Positions 22,984 through 35,684 of a stretch of DNA of 60,030 nt are shown one piece after another. Origin of the DNA: Escherichia coli (GTDB lineage Bacteria; Pseudomonadota; Gammaproteobacteria; Enterobacterales; Enterobacteriaceae); NCBI RefSeq assembly GCF_003334405.1, contig NZ_QOWM01000020.1; one strand, written 5' to 3'. Within the stretch, counting starts at the first letter, position 1; every line of letters begins with the position of its first letter. Below the pieces are notes generated by a model that did no database searches, was not told the origin of the DNA, and saw nothing but the letters and a program-made list of their open reading frames with translations. Position numbers and translations under genes: made by a program.

Positions 22984-23799
22984 ATGACGATCATCCATCC
23001 TCTGCTTGCCAGTAGTAGCGCACCGAATTATCGCCAGTCCTGGCGGTTAGCGGGAGTGTGGCGACGGGCGATTAACCTGATGACGGAAAGCGGCGAACTG
23101 TTAACGCTGCATCGTAAGGGTAGTGGTTTCGGCCCCGGAGGATGGGTGCTTCGCCGCGCGCAATTCGATGCGTTATGCGGTGGATTATGCGGCAATGAAC
23201 GACCGCAGGTTGTGGCTCAAGGGATTCGCCTCGGGCGTTTCACGGTTAAACAGCCACAGCGTTATTGTTTGCTGCGTATTACGCCGCCTGCGCATCCTCA
23301 ACCGCTTGCAGCTGCATGGATGCAACGCGCGGAGGAAACCGGGCTTTTCGGGCCACTGGCGATGGCGGCAAGCGATCCGCTGCCCGCTGAATTACGCCAG
23401 TTTCGTCACTGTTTTCAGGCCGCGCTCAATGGCGTTAAGACCGACTGGCGGCACTGGCTGGGTAAAGGACCCGGATTAACGCCAAGTCATGATGATACGC
23501 TGAGCGGAATGCTGCTGGCGGCCTGGTATTATGGCGCTTTAGATGCGCGCTCTGGTCGCCAGTTTTTTGCCTGTTCCGACAATCTTCAACTCGTTACCAC
23601 AGCGGTGAGCGTCAGTTATTTACGCTACGCCGCGCAAGGATATTTCGCCTCGCCACTCCTGCACTTTGTTCATGCTCTGAGTTGCCCGAAACGTACCGCT
23701 GTTGCGATTGATTCGCTGCTGGCGCTGGGGCACACGTCAGGGGCAGATACGCTGCTGGGGTTCTGGCTTGGTCAACAATTATTACAAGGAACACCATGA
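22984..23799 (+). CDS. ylbF: YlbF, conserved protein of the fdrA-ylbE-ylbF cluster
   Basis: 271 aa from ATG 22984 with GAGGAA RBS; stop overlaps the ybcF start. Confidence 0.8.
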   Translation: MTIIHPLLASSSAPNYRQSWRLAGVWRRAINLMTESGELLTLHRKGSGFGPGGWVLRRAQFDALCGGLCGNERPQVVAQGIRLGRFTVKQPQRYCLLRITPPAHPQPLAAAWMQRAEETGLFGPLAMAASDPLPAELRQFRHCFQAALNGVKTDWRHWLGKGPGLTPSHDDTLSGMLLAAWYYGALDARSGRQFFACSDNLQLVTTAVSVSYLRYAAQGYFASPLLHFVHALSCPKRTAVAIDSLLALGHTSGADTLLGFWLGQQLLQGTP

Positions 23800-24689
23800 A
23801 AACACTGGTTGTAGCTCTTGGGGGCAACGCCTTACTCCAGCGCGGCGAGGCGCTGACGGCAGAAAATCAATATCGCAATATCGCCAGTGCTGTACCCGCG
23901 CTGGCGCGCCTGGCCCGTTCTTATCGGCTGGCGATTGTTCACGGCAACGGGCCGCAGGTGGGGCTGCTGGCATTGCAGAATCTGGCGTGGAAAGAGGTAG
24001 AACCGTATCCGCTGGATGTGCTGGTGGCGGAAAGCCAGGGGATGATTGGCTATATGCTGGCACAGAGTTTGAGCGCACAGCCGCAGATGCCGCCCGTGAC
24101 GACGGTGCTGACGCGCATTGAGGTTTCGCCTGATGATCCGGCGTTTTTGCAGCCAGAGAAATTTATTGGTCCGGTTTATCAGCCAGAAGAACAAGAGGCA
24201 CTGGAAGCGGCTTACGGCTGGCAGATGAAACGTGATGGTAAATATTTGCGCCGGGTGGTGGCGTCTCCGCAACCGCGTAAAATTCTCGACAGCGAAGCCA
24301 TCGAGTTGTTGCTCAAAGAGGGGCATGTGGTGATTTGCAGTGGCGGCGGCGGTGTGCCTGTGACGGAAGATGGGGCAGGGAGTGAAGCGGTGATTGATAA
24401 AGATCTCGCTGCTGCGTTGCTCGCTGAGCAGATTAACGCCGATGGGCTGGTGATCCTCACTGATGCTGATGCGGTATATGAAAACTGGGGAACGCCGCAG
24501 CAACGCGCCATTCGCCATGCCACACCGGATGAGTTAGCGCCATTTGCCAAAGCCGATGGTTCGATGGGGCCGAAGGTAACGGCGGTGAGTGGTTATGTCA
24601 GAAGCCGTGGTAAACCCGCGTGGATTGGGGCGTTATCGCGAATTGAAGAGACGCTGGCGGGCGAAGCGGGGACCTGTATTTCGCTGTAG
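23796..24689 (+). CDS. ybcF: Carbamate kinase-like protein (ArcC paralogue)
   Basis: 297 aa; amino-acid kinase fold start [18 protein letters not shown]. Confidence 0.85.
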   Translation: MKTLVVALGGNALLQRGEALTAENQYRNIASAVPALARLARSYRLAIVHGNGPQVGLLALQNLAWKEVEPYPLDVLVAESQGMIGYMLAQSLSAQPQMPPVTTVLTRIEVSPDDPAFLQPEKFIGPVYQPEEQEALEAAYGWQMKRDGKYLRRVVASPQPRKILDSEAIELLLKEGHVVICSGGGGVPVTEDGAGSEAVIDKDLAAALLAEQINADGLVILTDADAVYENWGTPQQRAIRHATPDELAPFAKADGSMGPKVTAVSGYVRSRGKPAWIGALSRIEETLAGEAGTCISL

Positions 24690-24699
24690 TCGTAGGCAT

Positions 24700-24880
<181 letters not shown>

Positions 24881-24883
24881 CAG

Positions 24884-25951
24884 TTAACCGAACTTACTCT
24901 GCGCCCAAATCACGCCGCTGGCATATTCCGGCGGCAGCAGCGGGATTAAGGCTTCCAGCGTCGCAGTCAGACGCGATGTGTCGCTGTCGGTCAAATTCAG
25001 ATGCCCCACTTTACGCCCCGGACGGACTTCTTTGTCGTACCAGTGCAGATGCACCAGCGGCAATTTCAGCCAGTCATAATTCACATCGCTACCAATCAGA
25101 TTGATCATCACCGACGGATTATTCACTACTGGTTGCGGTAACGGCAGATCGGTAATCGCCCGCAGATGCAGCTCAAACTGGCTGATGCTGGCACCGTTTT
25201 GCGTCCAGTGACCACTGTTATGCACACGCGGAGCCAGTTCGTTGATCAGCAGACCTTGCGGGGTGACAAAACACTCCATCGCCATCACGCCCACATAGCC
25301 CAGCTCCTGCATAATCGCCGACAGCATCTCTTCGGCTTGCGCCTGCTGCTGTGCGTTGGCCTGCGGAAAAGCGACGCTGGTGCGCAAAATACCGTCCTGA
25401 TGCAGGTTATGCGTCAGCGGATAAAACACGGTGCTGCCATCAAAGCCGCGCGCGCCAACCAGCGACACTTCACCAGAGAAGTTTATGCCCTGCTCGACAA
25501 TACATTCGCCGTAGCATTCAGCCGGTAACTGTTCGGTTTCATCGGCGCGTAAACGCCATTGACCGCGTCCGTCATAGCCACCAGTGCGACGCTTAACAAT
25601 CGCCAGTTCACCTAAACGATCAAACACCGCAGGCCACTCGCTGCGATCGGCAAGTAACTGCCACGGCGCGGTCGGCAGGTGGAGCTTATCGAAAAGCTGC
25701 TTCTGAGTCAGACGGTCGGCAATAATCGGGAACACATCGCGGTTCACAAAGGCCGGATGGCGTGCCAGCTCGCGGGTTAATGCGGTTTCCGGCCAACGTT
25801 CGATCTCAGCGGTAATCACGCTTTGTTGAAAAGGCACCGCCGCCGGTTCAGCGTCCAGCCCGACCGGCCAGACAGCAATGCCTAACGGTTCGCCTGCCTG
25901 ACGCAGCATACGGCCTAACTGCCCGTTACCGAGGACGCAAACCTGTTTCAT
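24884..25951 (-). CDS. purK: N5-carboxyaminoimidazole ribonucleotide synthase
   Basis: 355 aa; ATP-grasp; overlaps purE by 4 nt. Confidence 0.9.
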   Translation of the reverse strand: MKQVCVLGNGQLGRMLRQAGEPLGIAVWPVGLDAEPAAVPFQQSVITAEIERWPETALTRELARHPAFVNRDVFPIIADRLTQKQLFDKLHLPTAPWQLLADRSEWPAVFDRLGELAIVKRRTGGYDGRGQWRLRADETEQLPAECYGECIVEQGINFSGEVSLVGARGFDGSTVFYPLTHNLHQDGILRTSVAFPQANAQQQAQAEEMLSAIMQELGYVGVMAMECFVTPQGLLINELAPRVHNSGHWTQNGASISQFELHLRAITDLPLPQPVVNNPSVMINLIGSDVNYDWLKLPLVHLHWYDKEVRPGRKVGHLNLTDSDTSRLTATLEALIPLLPPEYASGVIWAQSKFG

Positions 25952-26457
25952 GCCGCACCTCGCGGGTCCGGGTTTTCCAGCACTTCATCAGTTTGTGCTT
26001 TGCGCCAGTCATTCAGACGTTGGTGCAGTTCTTTATCATGAGTCGCAAGAATTTGTGCTGCCAGTAATGCCGCGTTTGCCGCGCCAGCTTTACCAATCGC
26101 CAGCGTACCCACCGGAATGCCGCGCGGCATTTGTACGATTGAGTAGAGGCTATCGACACCGCTCAGTGCGGCGCTCTGTACTGGTACGCCCAGCACCGGC
26201 ACCAGCGTTTTGGCGGCAATCATGCCTGGCAGGTGCGCTGCGCCGCCTGCGCCCGCAATAATCACCTGATAACCGTTCTCTTCGGCGCTTTCGGCGAAGC
26301 TGAACAGTTTATCGGGGGTGCGGTGAGCAGAAACCACTTCAACGTGGTGCGGGACATTCAGGATTTCGAAGATTTCGGCGGCGAACTGCATGGTAGCCCA
26401 GTCGCTTTTGGACCCCATCACGATGGCGACACGCGCCGGATTATTGCGGGAAGACAT
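25948..26457 (-). CDS. purE: N5-CAIR mutase
   Basis: ~169 aa from [20 protein letters not shown]. Confidence 0.9.
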   Translation of the reverse strand: MSSRNNPARVAIVMGSKSDWATMQFAAEIFEILNVPHHVEVVSAHRTPDKLFSFAESAEENGYQVIIAGAGGAAHLPGMIAAKTLVPVLGVPVQSAALSGVDSLYSIVQMPRGIPVGTLAIGKAGAANAALLAAQILATHDKELHQRLNDWRKAQTDEVLENPDPRGAA

Positions 26458-26527
26458 GCGTCTTAAAACTCCTGTGGTGCACAACTCTCGGCTTTAGAGG
26501 GCACAGAGAATAGCACGGAAAGAGAGT

Positions 26528-26544
26528 AAGGAAAACGGTTGCGT
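26528..26544 (-). promoter_or_regulatory. Candidate PurR operator upstream of purEK
   Basis: Minus-strand ACGCAACCGTTTTCCTT resembles the PurR box (ACGCAAACGTTTTCNT); it sits upstream of the purE start. Confidence 0.45.
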
Positions 26545-26574
26545 GGCTGTGAAATCAGCAAAGTTGCGGGTTTT

Positions 26575-27297
26575 TTAAAACGGAAAATGAATCAGCTCAA
26601 CGTCATCCGCCGTGACTTTCACCATCGAACCTTCCGTATGCCAGGCACCCAGTACCACGCGAAAAGCAGGTTGCTGGTTGGCGATAAGTTCATGTACCGC
26701 CGGGCGATGGGTATGCCCGTGAATCAGCCATTGCACCTGATGTTTTTCCATCGCACTGACCACCGCGTTTTGGTTAACGTCCATGATCGCCAGCGATTTA
26801 CTGCTGTTGGCTTCTTTGCTGTTCGCGCGCATTCGCGCGGCAATGCGTTTGCGCACAAACAATGGCAGAGCGAGGAATAGCGTCTGCAGCCAGGGTTTGT
26901 GGACTTTGGCGCGAAAAGCCTGATAACCCGCGTCATCGGTGCACAGCGTGTCGCCATGCATAATCAACACCCGACGACCATAAAGTTCGAGCACCTTTTC
27001 TTCCGGCAATAACGTCATGCCGCTTTCACGGGCAAAGCGTTTGCCGAGCAGAAAATCACGGTTGCCATGAATGAAATAACAGGGAACGCCGGAATCGGAC
27101 ACCGCTTTGATCGCTGCCGCCATCTGGCGATGGAGTGGGTTGGGATCGTCGTCGCCAATCCACGCTTCAAACAGATCGCCAAGAATATACAGCGCGTCGG
27201 CCTTGCGAGCTTCCCCCGCTAAAAAACGCAGAAAACCGGCGGTGATCGCCGGTTCTTCCACGCAGAGATGAAGATCTGCAATAAAGAGTGTCGCCAC
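26575..27297 (-). CDS. lpxH: UDP-2,3-diacylglucosamine hydrolase (lipid A biosynthesis)
   Basis: 240 aa; calcineurin-like phosphoesterase motifs (DLHL ... GNRD ... GHTH). Confidence 0.9.
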   Translation of the reverse strand: MATLFIADLHLCVEEPAITAGFLRFLAGEARKADALYILGDLFEAWIGDDDPNPLHRQMAAAIKAVSDSGVPCYFIHGNRDFLLGKRFARESGMTLLPEEKVLELYGRRVLIMHGDTLCTDDAGYQAFRAKVHKPWLQTLFLALPLFVRKRIAARMRANSKEANSSKSLAIMDVNQNAVVSAMEKHQVQWLIHGHTHRPAVHELIANQQPAFRVVLGAWHTEGSMVKVTADDVELIHFPF

Positions 27298-27299
27298 GA

Positions 27300-27794
27300 T
27301 TACTCGCTAACGGTCACGCTTTCAATGATAACGTCTTCTTTTGGCACGTCCTGGTGCATACCGCTACGACCGGTTGCAACACCTTTGATTTTGTCTACCA
27401 CGTCCATGCCTTCAACCACTTCAGCAAACACGCAGTAGCCCCAACCTTGCAGGCTTTCGCCAGAGAAGTTCAGGAAGTCGTTATCAACCACGTTGATGAA
27501 GAACTGTGCAGTTGCAGAGTGCGGAGCCTGAGTACGGGCCATTGCCAGCGTACCACGGGTATTTTTCAGACCGTTGTTGGCTTCGTTTTTGATCGGTTCT
27601 TTGGTGGCTTTTTGTTTCATGCCCGGTTCAAAACCGCCGCCCTGAATCATAAAGCCGTTGATAACACGGTGGAAAATGGTGTTGTTGTAAAAACCTTCGC
27701 GGCAGTAGTCCAGGAAGTTTTTAACTGTTTCAGGTGCTTTATCGTCAAAAGTTTTGATGACAATATCGCCGTGATTGGTGTGGAAAGTAACCAT
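27300..27794 (-). CDS. ppiB: Peptidyl-prolyl cis-trans isomerase B (cyclophilin)
   Basis: 164 aa; cyclophilin fold. Confidence 0.9.
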   Translation of the reverse strand: MVTFHTNHGDIVIKTFDDKAPETVKNFLDYCREGFYNNTIFHRVINGFMIQGGGFEPGMKQKATKEPIKNEANNGLKNTRGTLAMARTQAPHSATAQFFINVVDNDFLNFSGESLQGWGYCVFAEVVEGMDVVDKIKGVATGRSGMHQDVPKEDVIIESVTVSE

Positions 27795-27967
27795 TTTTGC
27801 ATCCTGTTCCGTTTGATTGGTGCTTCAACCCGGTTCGGGTCATATATAGGGTGGTGTTATAGCATAACCGCACGATCGGATCATCACGCAATGTATGCTG
27901 ATTCGCGCGGGAAATATGGGTATTATACGCAACTCAATTACCCACACATGTCTAAACGGAATCTTCG

Positions 27968-29353
27968 ATGCTAAAAATCTTCAATACTCTGACACGCCAA
28001 AAAGAGGAATTTAAGCCTATTCACGCCGGGGAAGTCGGCATGTACGTGTGTGGAATCACCGTTTACGATCTCTGTCATATCGGTCACGGGCGTACCTTTG
28101 TTGCTTTTGACGTGGTTGCGCGCTATCTGCGTTTCCTCGGCTATAAGCTGAAGTATGTGCGCAACATTACCGATATCGACGACAAAATCATCAAACGCGC
28201 CAATGAAAATGGCGAAAGCTTTGTAGCGCTGGTGGATCGCATGATCGCCGAAATGCACAAAGATTTTGATGCGTTGAACATTCTGCGCCCGGATATGGAG
28301 CCGCGCGCGACGCACCATATCGCAGAAATTATTGAACTCACTGAACAACTGATCGCCAAAGGTCACGCTTATGTGGCGGACAACGGCGACGTGATGTTCG
28401 ACGTCCCGACCGATCCGACATATGGCGTGCTGTCGCGTCAGGATCTCGACCAGCTGCAGGCAGGCGCGCGCGTTGACGTGGTCGACGACAAACGCAACCC
28501 GATGGACTTCGTTCTGTGGAAGATGTCGAAAGAGGGCGAACCGAGCTGGCCGTCTCCGTGGGGCGCGGGCCGTCCAGGCTGGCACATTGAATGTTCGGCA
28601 ATGAACTGCAAGCAGCTGGGTAACCACTTTGATATCCACGGCGGCGGTTCAGACCTGATGTTCCCGCACCACGAGAACGAAATCGCGCAGTCCACCTGTG
28701 CCCATGATGGTCAGTATGTTAACTACTGGATGCACTCCGGAATGGTGATGGTTGACCGCGAGAAGATGTCCAAATCGCTGGGTAACTTCTTTACCGTGCG
28801 CGATGTGCTGAAATACTACGATGCTGAAACCGTGCGTTACTTCCTGATGTCGGGCCACTATCGCAGCCAGCTGAACTACAGCGAAGAGAACCTGAAGCAG
28901 GCGCGTGCGGCGCTGGAGCGTCTCTACACTGCGCTGCGCGGCACCGATAAAACCGTTGCGCCTGCCGGTGGCGAAGCGTTTGAAGCGCGCTTTATTGAAG
29001 CGATGGACGACGATTTCAACACCCCGGAAGCCTATTCCGTGCTGTTTGATATGGCGCGTGAAGTGAACCGTCTGAAAGCAGAAGATATGGCAGCGGCGAA
29101 TGCAATGGCATCTCACCTGCGTAAACTTTCCGCTGTATTGGGCCTGCTGGAGCAAGAACCGGAAGCGTTCCTGCAAAGCGGCGCGCAGGCAGACGGCAGC
29201 GAAGTGGCTGAGATTGAAGCGTTAATTCAACAGCGTCTGGATGCCCGTAAAGCGAAAGACTGGGCGGCGGCAGATGCGGCGCGTGACCGTCTTAACGAGA
29301 TGGGGATCGTGCTGGAAGATGGCCCGCAAGGGACCACCTGGCGTCGTAAGTAA
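27968..29353 (+). CDS. cysS: Cysteinyl-tRNA synthetase
   Basis: 461 aa; class I HIGH (HIGH) and KMSKS motifs present. Confidence 0.95.
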   Translation: MLKIFNTLTRQKEEFKPIHAGEVGMYVCGITVYDLCHIGHGRTFVAFDVVARYLRFLGYKLKYVRNITDIDDKIIKRANENGESFVALVDRMIAEMHKDFDALNILRPDMEPRATHHIAEIIELTEQLIAKGHAYVADNGDVMFDVPTDPTYGVLSRQDLDQLQAGARVDVVDDKRNPMDFVLWKMSKEGEPSWPSPWGAGRPGWHIECSAMNCKQLGNHFDIHGGGSDLMFPHHENEIAQSTCAHDGQYVNYWMHSGMVMVDREKMSKSLGNFFTVRDVLKYYDAETVRYFLMSGHYRSQLNYSEENLKQARAALERLYTALRGTDKTVAPAGGEAFEARFIEAMDDDFNTPEAYSVLFDMAREVNRLKAEDMAAANAMASHLRKLSAVLGLLEQEPEAFLQSGAQADGSEVAEIEALIQQRLDARKAKDWAAADAARDRLNEMGIVLEDGPQGTTWRRK

Positions 29354-29360
29354 TTGCGCT

Positions 29361-29389
29361 ATTGCCGGATGCGAGTTTTCGCATCCGGT
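29361..29389. terminator. Hairpin between convergent cysS and ybcI (REP-like palindrome, likely bidirectional terminator)
   Basis: CCGGATGCG-agttttc-CGCATCCGG inverted repeat immediately after the cysS stop. Confidence 0.4.
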
Positions 29390-29910
29390 TATCGTCTGTG
29401 CCACCACAACATTCCCATCAGTAGAATCCCCGGCAACCACACCCACATCAATTCAGAAATAATCACCTGATGCCCGTACGGCGTGGTGTAACGAGACAAT
29501 GCAAACGGCGCGACTTTAATCACCTGCCAGGGAGCGAAAAAGCGTTCATCTGACCACGGCCACAGCCAGCCAACCCCTTTACCGCCAGTGGTTACCGAAT
29601 CCAGCAAGCTGTGCGATAGCAACGAGACGGTTAAAAACAGCCAGCAGCGAATCAGCCCAGCCCTGAACCATCGGCGTCCAATCAGCACACATAACAGCGG
29701 GACAACAAACGCAAACACCAGCGAATGGGTAAACCCGCGATGACCAAAAACATTGCCGTAAGCAATGCCAAATTTAAACGACAATACGTCGGCGTCGGGC
29801 AGCATCGCCAGGATGATTCCGGCAAATAACAGACGCGGAGGGATGACTTTCGAACCCAACCCTAAACCAATGCATAGGGGAACGGCGGCGTGCGTAATAA
29901 CGGTTGGCAT
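29389..29910 (-). CDS. ybcI: Inner-membrane metal-dependent hydrolase-like protein (DUF457)
   Basis: 173 aa membrane protein; synteny. Confidence 0.8.
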   Translation of the reverse strand: MPTVITHAAVPLCIGLGLGSKVIPPRLLFAGIILAMLPDADVLSFKFGIAYGNVFGHRGFTHSLVFAFVVPLLCVLIGRRWFRAGLIRCWLFLTVSLLSHSLLDSVTTGGKGVGWLWPWSDERFFAPWQVIKVAPFALSRYTTPYGHQVIISELMWVWLPGILLMGMLWWHRR

Positions 29911-30017
29911 GATGGTCGCTTCGGCAAAATGTCGATGCTATCAGCATGGATGAACGGGGCGTAGAGGGCAAAAGTCTGAAAAGAGAACCGGCCTGTTGAT
30001 ACAGGCCGGGAAAGGGA

Positions 30018-30230
30018 TCAGGCAACAACCTGTACGCTGTGACCTGCAAAACTCACTGTCTGACCGGCGACGATTTTGCAGCGTTTGCGCGTTTCAACCG
30101 CGCCATCGACTTTCACCTGGCCTTCGGCAATCGCGATTTTCGCCTGCGCGCCGCTTTCGCTCCAGCCTTCCAGTTTCAGCAAGTCGCACAGCTCAACGTG
30201 CGGATGTTTACCTAAAGAAAATGTCGCCAT
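30018..30230 (-). CDS. ybcJ: S4-like RNA-binding protein
   Basis: ~70 aa from MATFSLGKHPHVEL; directly downstream of folD. Confidence 0.75.
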   Translation of the reverse strand: MATFSLGKHPHVELCDLLKLEGWSESGAQAKIAIAEGQVKVDGAVETRKRCKIVAGQTVSFAGHSVQVVA

Positions 30231-30231
30231 G

Positions 30232-31098
30232 TTACTCACCCTGTGGATCATGATATTCAACGCACGCCTGTAGCGTGTTTTCAATCAGCGTGGCAACCGT
30301 CATCGGGCCAACGCCGCCGGGAACAGGCGTAATGTATGAGGCGCGTTTAGCCGCGTCTTCAAACACCACGTCGCCCACAACTTTGCCATTTTCCAGACGG
30401 TTGATGCCGACATCAATCACAATTGCGCCTTCTTTGATCCAGTCACCAGGAATAAAGCCCGGCTTGCCGACGGCAACGATCAACAGATCGGCATTTTCTA
30501 CGTGATGACGCAGATTTTTAGTGAAGCGGTGAGTCACGGTAGTGGTGCAACCTGCTAGCAGCAGTTCCATGCTCATCGGGCGGCCAACGATATTCGATGC
30601 GCCAATCACCACGGCGTTGAGGCCGAAGGTATCAATGTTGTAACGCTCAAGCAGCGTGACGATGCCGCGCGGGGTGCAGGGACGCAGACGCGGCGCGCGC
30701 TGGCACAGGCGACCGACGTTATAAGGATGGAAACCGTCTACGTCTTTGTCCGGGTGAATACGTTCCAGTACTTTGACGTTATCAATACCCGCCGGTAACG
30801 GCAGTTGAACCAGAATGCCATCAATGGTGTTGTCGGCATTCAGCGCATCGATAAGCTCCAGCAGCTCCGCTTCGCTGGTGGTTTCCGGGAGGTCATAAGA
30901 GCGGGAGACGAACCCGACTTCTTCACAAGCCTTGCGTTTGCTTGCGACATAAATTTGCGATGCAGGGTTACTACCCACCAGCACAACGGCCAGTCCTGGT
31001 GCCCGCAGTCCGGCTGCAATACGCGCCTGAACTTTTTGAGCAACTTCAGAGCGCACCTGCTGCGCAATCGTTTTACCGTCAATAATCTTTGCTGCCAT
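30232..31098 (-). CDS. folD: Bifunctional methylenetetrahydrofolate dehydrogenase/cyclohydrolase
   Basis: 288 aa from [13 protein letters not shown]. Confidence 0.9.
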
Positions 31099-31577
31099 CA
31101 GAGAGAGGATTCCATCTGTTACGTAGGTCGAAGGGGATGCGCCTATTTTGTCAGAAGCGGGGCGCGCTGTCAGGTTTCGTTTCAGATTTATCACGTGAAG
31201 CGACCTCTTGCGAAGGTTAGGCGCACCGTCGCTGAGGTCGCTGAGATTGAAAGCTTCATTTTTCGTCCATGATGGCGTTGTAAATCTGGAACTGACTTAT
31301 TTCCTTGTCTAAGGATTAAGATAATTTAAGAAATACCTGACAATATAAAAAGAATTTTCAGCCTGGTAATTTACCGCTTCAGGTCTATATTTGTGTTGAA
31401 TATATTTTGCGCGGAAGTATTCATCTAACGGGGCTCTCTATTTTTTAGAATAGAGTGCATATTTTCAATTAAGACATTCTTAGAGGATAAAAAGGAATTT
31501 ACTACTATCAGTGTCTTAAATAAAGTAATCGGTTATATACGGATGTGGAGTCGATAAATGAGATTGAAGGAATATAT

Positions 31578-32120
31578 ATGAAATTAAGATTTATTTCGTC
31601 TGCGCTGGCTGCCGCACTATTCGCCGCTACGGGTAGTTATGCTGCCGTTGTAGATGGCGGTACAATTCACTTTGAAGGCGAACTGGTGAATGCTGCCTGT
31701 TCAGTGAATACTGACTCGGCAGACCAAGTTGTCACACTCGGTCAATATCGTACCGATATTTTCAATGCTGTTGGTAATACCTCTGCATTAATTCCATTCA
31801 CCATTCAGTTGAACGACTGCGATCCTGTTGTTGCCGCTAATGCTGCCGTTGCATTTTCTGGTCAGGCTGATGCAATCAATGATAATTTATTGGCCATTGC
31901 ATCCAGTACCAATACAACAACAGCAACGGGTGTCGGTATTGAAATACTTGATAATACATCCGCAATTCTCAAACCTGATGGGAATAGCTTCTCAACCAAC
32001 CAGAACTTGATCCCCGGGACCAACGTTCTTCATTTTTCTGCACGTTATAAAGGCACCGGTACAAGTGCATCAGCAGGGCAAGCAAATGCTGACGCGACTT
32101 TTATTATGAGATACGAATAA
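31578..32120 (+). CDS. sfmA: Type 1-like fimbrial major subunit
   Basis: ~180 aa with signal peptide ([22 protein letters not shown]) and fimbrin fold. Confidence 0.85.
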   Translation: MKLRFISSALAAALFAATGSYAAVVDGGTIHFEGELVNAACSVNTDSADQVVTLGQYRTDIFNAVGNTSALIPFTIQLNDCDPVVAANAAVAFSGQADAINDNLLAIASSTNTTTATGVGIEILDNTSAILKPDGNSFSTNQNLIPGTNVLHFSARYKGTGTSASAGQANADATFIMRYE

Positions 32121-32339
32121 TCAAAACCACGTTGTTTTGAATTATATATCACGTCTTATAACAAAGTAATGTACCGGTTGTCTGAAGCGGTATGGTGGCA
32201 ATGTAAATCGAAATCATGTTCACTTTGTATCATGCCGCTTTATTAAATGAAAAGGGAATGATGTGTTGTAAGAAACCAAAGCAATCATTTCTTTATATTT
32301 CTTATTTTTGCCGTCAGGAATACACAAGGCGTATTAACT

Positions 32340-33032
32340 ATGATGACTAAAATAAAGTTATTGATGCTCATTATATTTTATTTAATCATTTCGGCCAGCG
32401 CCCATGCTGCCGGAGGGATCGCATTAGGTGCCACGCGTATTATTTATCCCGCTGATGCTAAACAGACTGCGGTATGGATTAGAAATAGCCATACCAATGA
32501 GCGTTTTCTGGTCAATTCGTGGATTGAAAACAGCAGCGGTGTAAAAGAAAAGTCATTCATCATTACACCGCCACTATTTGTTAGTGAACCCAAAAGCGAA
32601 AATACTTTGCGTATTATTTACACCGGTCCACCGCTGGCGGCAGATCGTGAGTCTCTGTTCTGGATGAATGTTAAGACGATCCCTTCGGTAGATAAAAATG
32701 CATTGAACGGCAGGAATGTTTTGCAACTGGCGATTTTATCGCGCATGAAGTTATTTCTCCGTCCAATTCAATTACAAGAATTACCCGCAGAAGCGCCGGA
32801 CACACTCAAGTTTTCGCGATCCGGTAACTATATCAATGTTCATAATCCATCACCTTTTTATGTCACCCTGGTTAACTTACAAGTGGGCAGCCAAAAGTTG
32901 GGGAATGCTATGGCTGCACCCAGAGTTAATTCACAAATTCCCTTACCCTCAGGAGTGCAGGGAAAGCTGAAATTTCAGACCGTTAATGATTATGGTTCAG
33001 TAACCCCGGTCAGAGAAGTGAACTTAAACTAA
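32340..33032 (+). CDS. sfmC: Fimbrial periplasmic chaperone (PapD-like)
   Basis: 230 aa; signal peptide; chaperone-usher synteny. Confidence 0.9.
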   Translation: MMTKIKLLMLIIFYLIISASAHAAGGIALGATRIIYPADAKQTAVWIRNSHTNERFLVNSWIENSSGVKEKSFIITPPLFVSEPKSENTLRIIYTGPPLAADRESLFWMNVKTIPSVDKNALNGRNVLQLAILSRMKLFLRPIQLQELPAEAPDTLKFSRSGNYINVHNPSPFYVTLVNLQVGSQKLGNAMAAPRVNSQIPLPSGVQGKLKFQTVNDYGSVTPVREVNLN

Positions 33033-33062
33033 CCGAATCATCTGACAATATCAGAGCTAATT

Positions 33063-35672
33063 ATGAAAATACCCACTACTACGGATATTCCGCAGAGGTA
33101 TACCTGGTGTCTGGCCGGAATTTGTTATTCATCTCTTGCCATTTTACCCTCCTTTTTAAGCTATGCGGAAAGTTATTTCAACCCGGCATTTTTATTAGAG
33201 AATGGCACATCCGTTGCTGATTTATCGCGCTTTGAGAGAGGTAATCATCAACCTGCGGGCGTGTATCGGGTGGATCTCTGGCGTAATGATGAGTTCATTG
33301 GTTCACAGGATATCGTATTTGAATCGACAACAGAAAATACAGGTGATAAATCAGGTGGGTTAATGCCCTGTTTTAACCAGGTACTCCTTGAACGAATTGG
33401 CCTTAATAGCAGTGCATTTCCCGAGTTAGCCCAGCAGCAAAATAATAAATGCATCAATTTACTGAAAGCTGTACCTGATGCCACAATTAACTTTGATTTT
33501 GCAGCGATGCGCCTGAACATCACTATTCCTCAGATAGCGTTGTTGAGTAGCGCTCACGGTTACATTCCGCCTGAAGAGTGGGATGAAGGTATTCCTGCTT
33601 TACTCCTGAATTATAATTTCACTGGTAACAGAGGTAATGGTAACGATAGCTATTTTTTTAGTGAGCTCAGCGGGATTAATATTGGCCCGTGGCGTTTACG
33701 CAACAATGGTTCCTGGAACTATTTTCGCGGAAATGGGTATCATTCAGAACAGTGGAATAATATTGGCACCTGGGTACAGCGCGCCATTATTCCGCTGAAA
33801 AGTGAACTGGTAATGGGAGACGGCAATACAGGAAGTGATATTTTCGATGGTGTTGGATTTCGTGGTGTACGGCTTTACTCTTCCGATAATATGTATCCTG
33901 ATAGCCAGCAAGGGTTTGCCCCAACAGTACGTGGGATTGCCCGTACGGCGGCCCAGCTAACGATTCGGCAAAATGGTTTTATTATCTATCAAAGCTATGT
34001 TTCCCCCGGCGCTTTTGAAATTACAGATTTGCACCCGACATCTTCAAATGGCGATCTGGACGTCACCATCGACGAGCGCGATGGCAATCAGCAGAATTAC
34101 ACTATTCCGTATTCAACAGTGCCAATTTTACAACGCGAAGGGCGTTTCAAATTTGACCTGACGGCGGGCGATTTTCGTAGCGGTAATAGTCAGCAATCAT
34201 CGCCTTTCTTTTTTCAGGGCACGGTACTCGGCGGTTTACCACAGGAATTTACTGCCTACGGCGGGACGCAATTATCTGCCAATTACACCGCCTTTTTATT
34301 AGGGCTGGGGCGCAACCTCGGGAACTGGGGCGCAGTGTCGCTGGATGTGACCCATGCGCGCAGTCAGTTAGCCGACGATAGTCGTCATGAGGGGGATTCT
34401 ATTCGCTTCCTCTATGCGAAATCGATGAACACCTTCGGCACCAATTTTCAGTTAATGGGTTACCGCTATTCGACACAAGGTTTTTATACCCTTGATGATG
34501 TTGCGTATCGTCGAATGGAGGGGTACGAATATGATTACGATTACGACGGTGAGCATCGCGATGAACCGATAATCGTGAATTACCACAATTTACGCTTTAG
34601 CCGTAAAGACCGTTTGCAGTTAAATATTTCACAATCACTTAATGACTTTGGCTCGCTTTATATCTCTGGTACCCATCAAAAATACTGGAATACATCGGAT
34701 TCAGATACGTGGTATCAGGTGGGGTATACCAGCAGCTGGGTTGGCATCAGTTATTCGCTCTCATTTTCGTGGAATGAATCTGTAGGGATCCCCGATAACG
34801 AACGTATTGTCGGACTTAATGTTTCAGTGCCTTTCAATGTTCTGACCAAACGTCGCTACACCCGGGAAAATGCGCTCGACCGCGCTTATGCCTCCTTTAA
34901 CGCCAACCGTAACAGCAACGGGCAAAATAGCTGGCTGGCAGGTGTAGGTGGGACCTTACTGGAAGGCCACAACCTGAGTTATCACGTAAGCCAGGGTGAT
35001 ACCTCGAATAATGGGTATACGGGCAGCGCCACGGCAAACTGGCAGGCCGCTTACGGTACGCTGGGGGTCGGGTATAACTACGACCGCGATCAACATGACG
35101 TTAACTGGCAGCTGTCTGGCGGTGTGGTCGGGCATGAAAATGGCATAACGCTGAGCCAGCCTTTAGGGGATACCAATGTTTTGATTAAAGCGCCTGGCGC
35201 AGGCGGTGTACGCATTGAAAATCAAACTGGCATTTTAACCGACTGGCGCGGCTATGCGGTGATGCCGTATGCCACGGTTTATCGGTATAACCGTATCGCG
35301 CTTGATACCAATACGATGGGGAATTCCATCGATGTTGAAAAAAATATTAGCAGCGTTGTGCCGACGCAAGGCGCGTTGGTTCGTGCCAATTTTGATACCC
35401 GCATAGGCGTGCGGGCGCTCATTACCGTTACCCAGGGCGGAAAACCGGTGCCGTTTGGATCACTGGTACGGGAAAACAGTACCGGAATAACCAGTATGGT
35501 GGGTGATGACGGGCAAGTTTATTTAAGTGGTGCGCCATTGTCTGGTGAATTACTGGTTCAGTGGGGAGACGGCGCGAACTCACGCTGCATTGCGCACTAT
35601 GTATTGCCGAAGCAAAGCTTACAGCAAGCCGTCACTGTTATTTCGGCAGTTTGCACACATCCTGGCTCATAA
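33063..35672 (+). CDS. sfmD: Fimbrial outer-membrane usher
   Basis: 869 aa; synteny. Confidence 0.9.
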   Translation: MKIPTTTDIPQRYTWCLAGICYSSLAILPSFLSYAESYFNPAFLLENGTSVADLSRFERGNHQPAGVYRVDLWRNDEFIGSQDIVFESTTENTGDKSGGLMPCFNQVLLERIGLNSSAFPELAQQQNNKCINLLKAVPDATINFDFAAMRLNITIPQIALLSSAHGYIPPEEWDEGIPALLLNYNFTGNRGNGNDSYFFSELSGINIGPWRLRNNGSWNYFRGNGYHSEQWNNIGTWVQRAIIPLKSELVMGDGNTGSDIFDGVGFRGVRLYSSDNMYPDSQQGFAPTVRGIARTAAQLTIRQNGFIIYQSYVSPGAFEITDLHPTSSNGDLDVTIDERDGNQQNYTIPYSTVPILQREGRFKFDLTAGDFRSGNSQQSSPFFFQGTVLGGLPQEFTAYGGTQLSANYTAFLLGLGRNLGNWGAVSLDVTHARSQLADDSRHEGDSIRFLYAKSMNTFGTNFQLMGYRYSTQGFYTLDDVAYRRMEGYEYDYDYDGEHRDEPIIVNYHNLRFSRKDRLQLNISQSLNDFGSLYISGTHQKYWNTSDSDTWYQVGYTSSWVGISYSLSFSWNESVGIPDNERIVGLNVSVPFNVLTKRRYTRENALDRAYASFNANRNSNGQNSWLAGVGGTLLEGHNLSYHVSQGDTSNNGYTGSATANWQAAYGTLGVGYNYDRDQHDVNWQLSGGVVGHENGITLSQPLGDTNVLIKAPGAGGVRIENQTGILTDWRGYAVMPYATVYRYNRIALDTNTMGNSIDVEKNISSVVPTQGALVRANFDTRIGVRALITVTQGGKPVPFGSLVRENSTGITSMVGDDGQVYLSGAPLSGELLVQWGDGANSRCIAHYVLPKQSLQQAVTVISAVCTHPGS

Positions 35673-35684
35673 AGGAAATTATCA

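Noticed and set aside
22302-22994. 230-aa minus-strand ORF inside ylbE
   Set aside because: Antisense to the continuous ylbE frame; composition (Arg/His-rich) typical of antisense artefacts.
23832-24518. 228-aa minus-strand ORF inside ybcF
   Set aside because: Antisense to the carbamate-kinase-like gene, whose own translation shows the expected amino-acid kinase fold; spurious.
27288-27974. 228-aa plus-strand ORF spanning the ppiB region
   Set aside because: Entirely antisense to ppiB (cyclophilin), which has a clear conserved product; no RBS; spurious.
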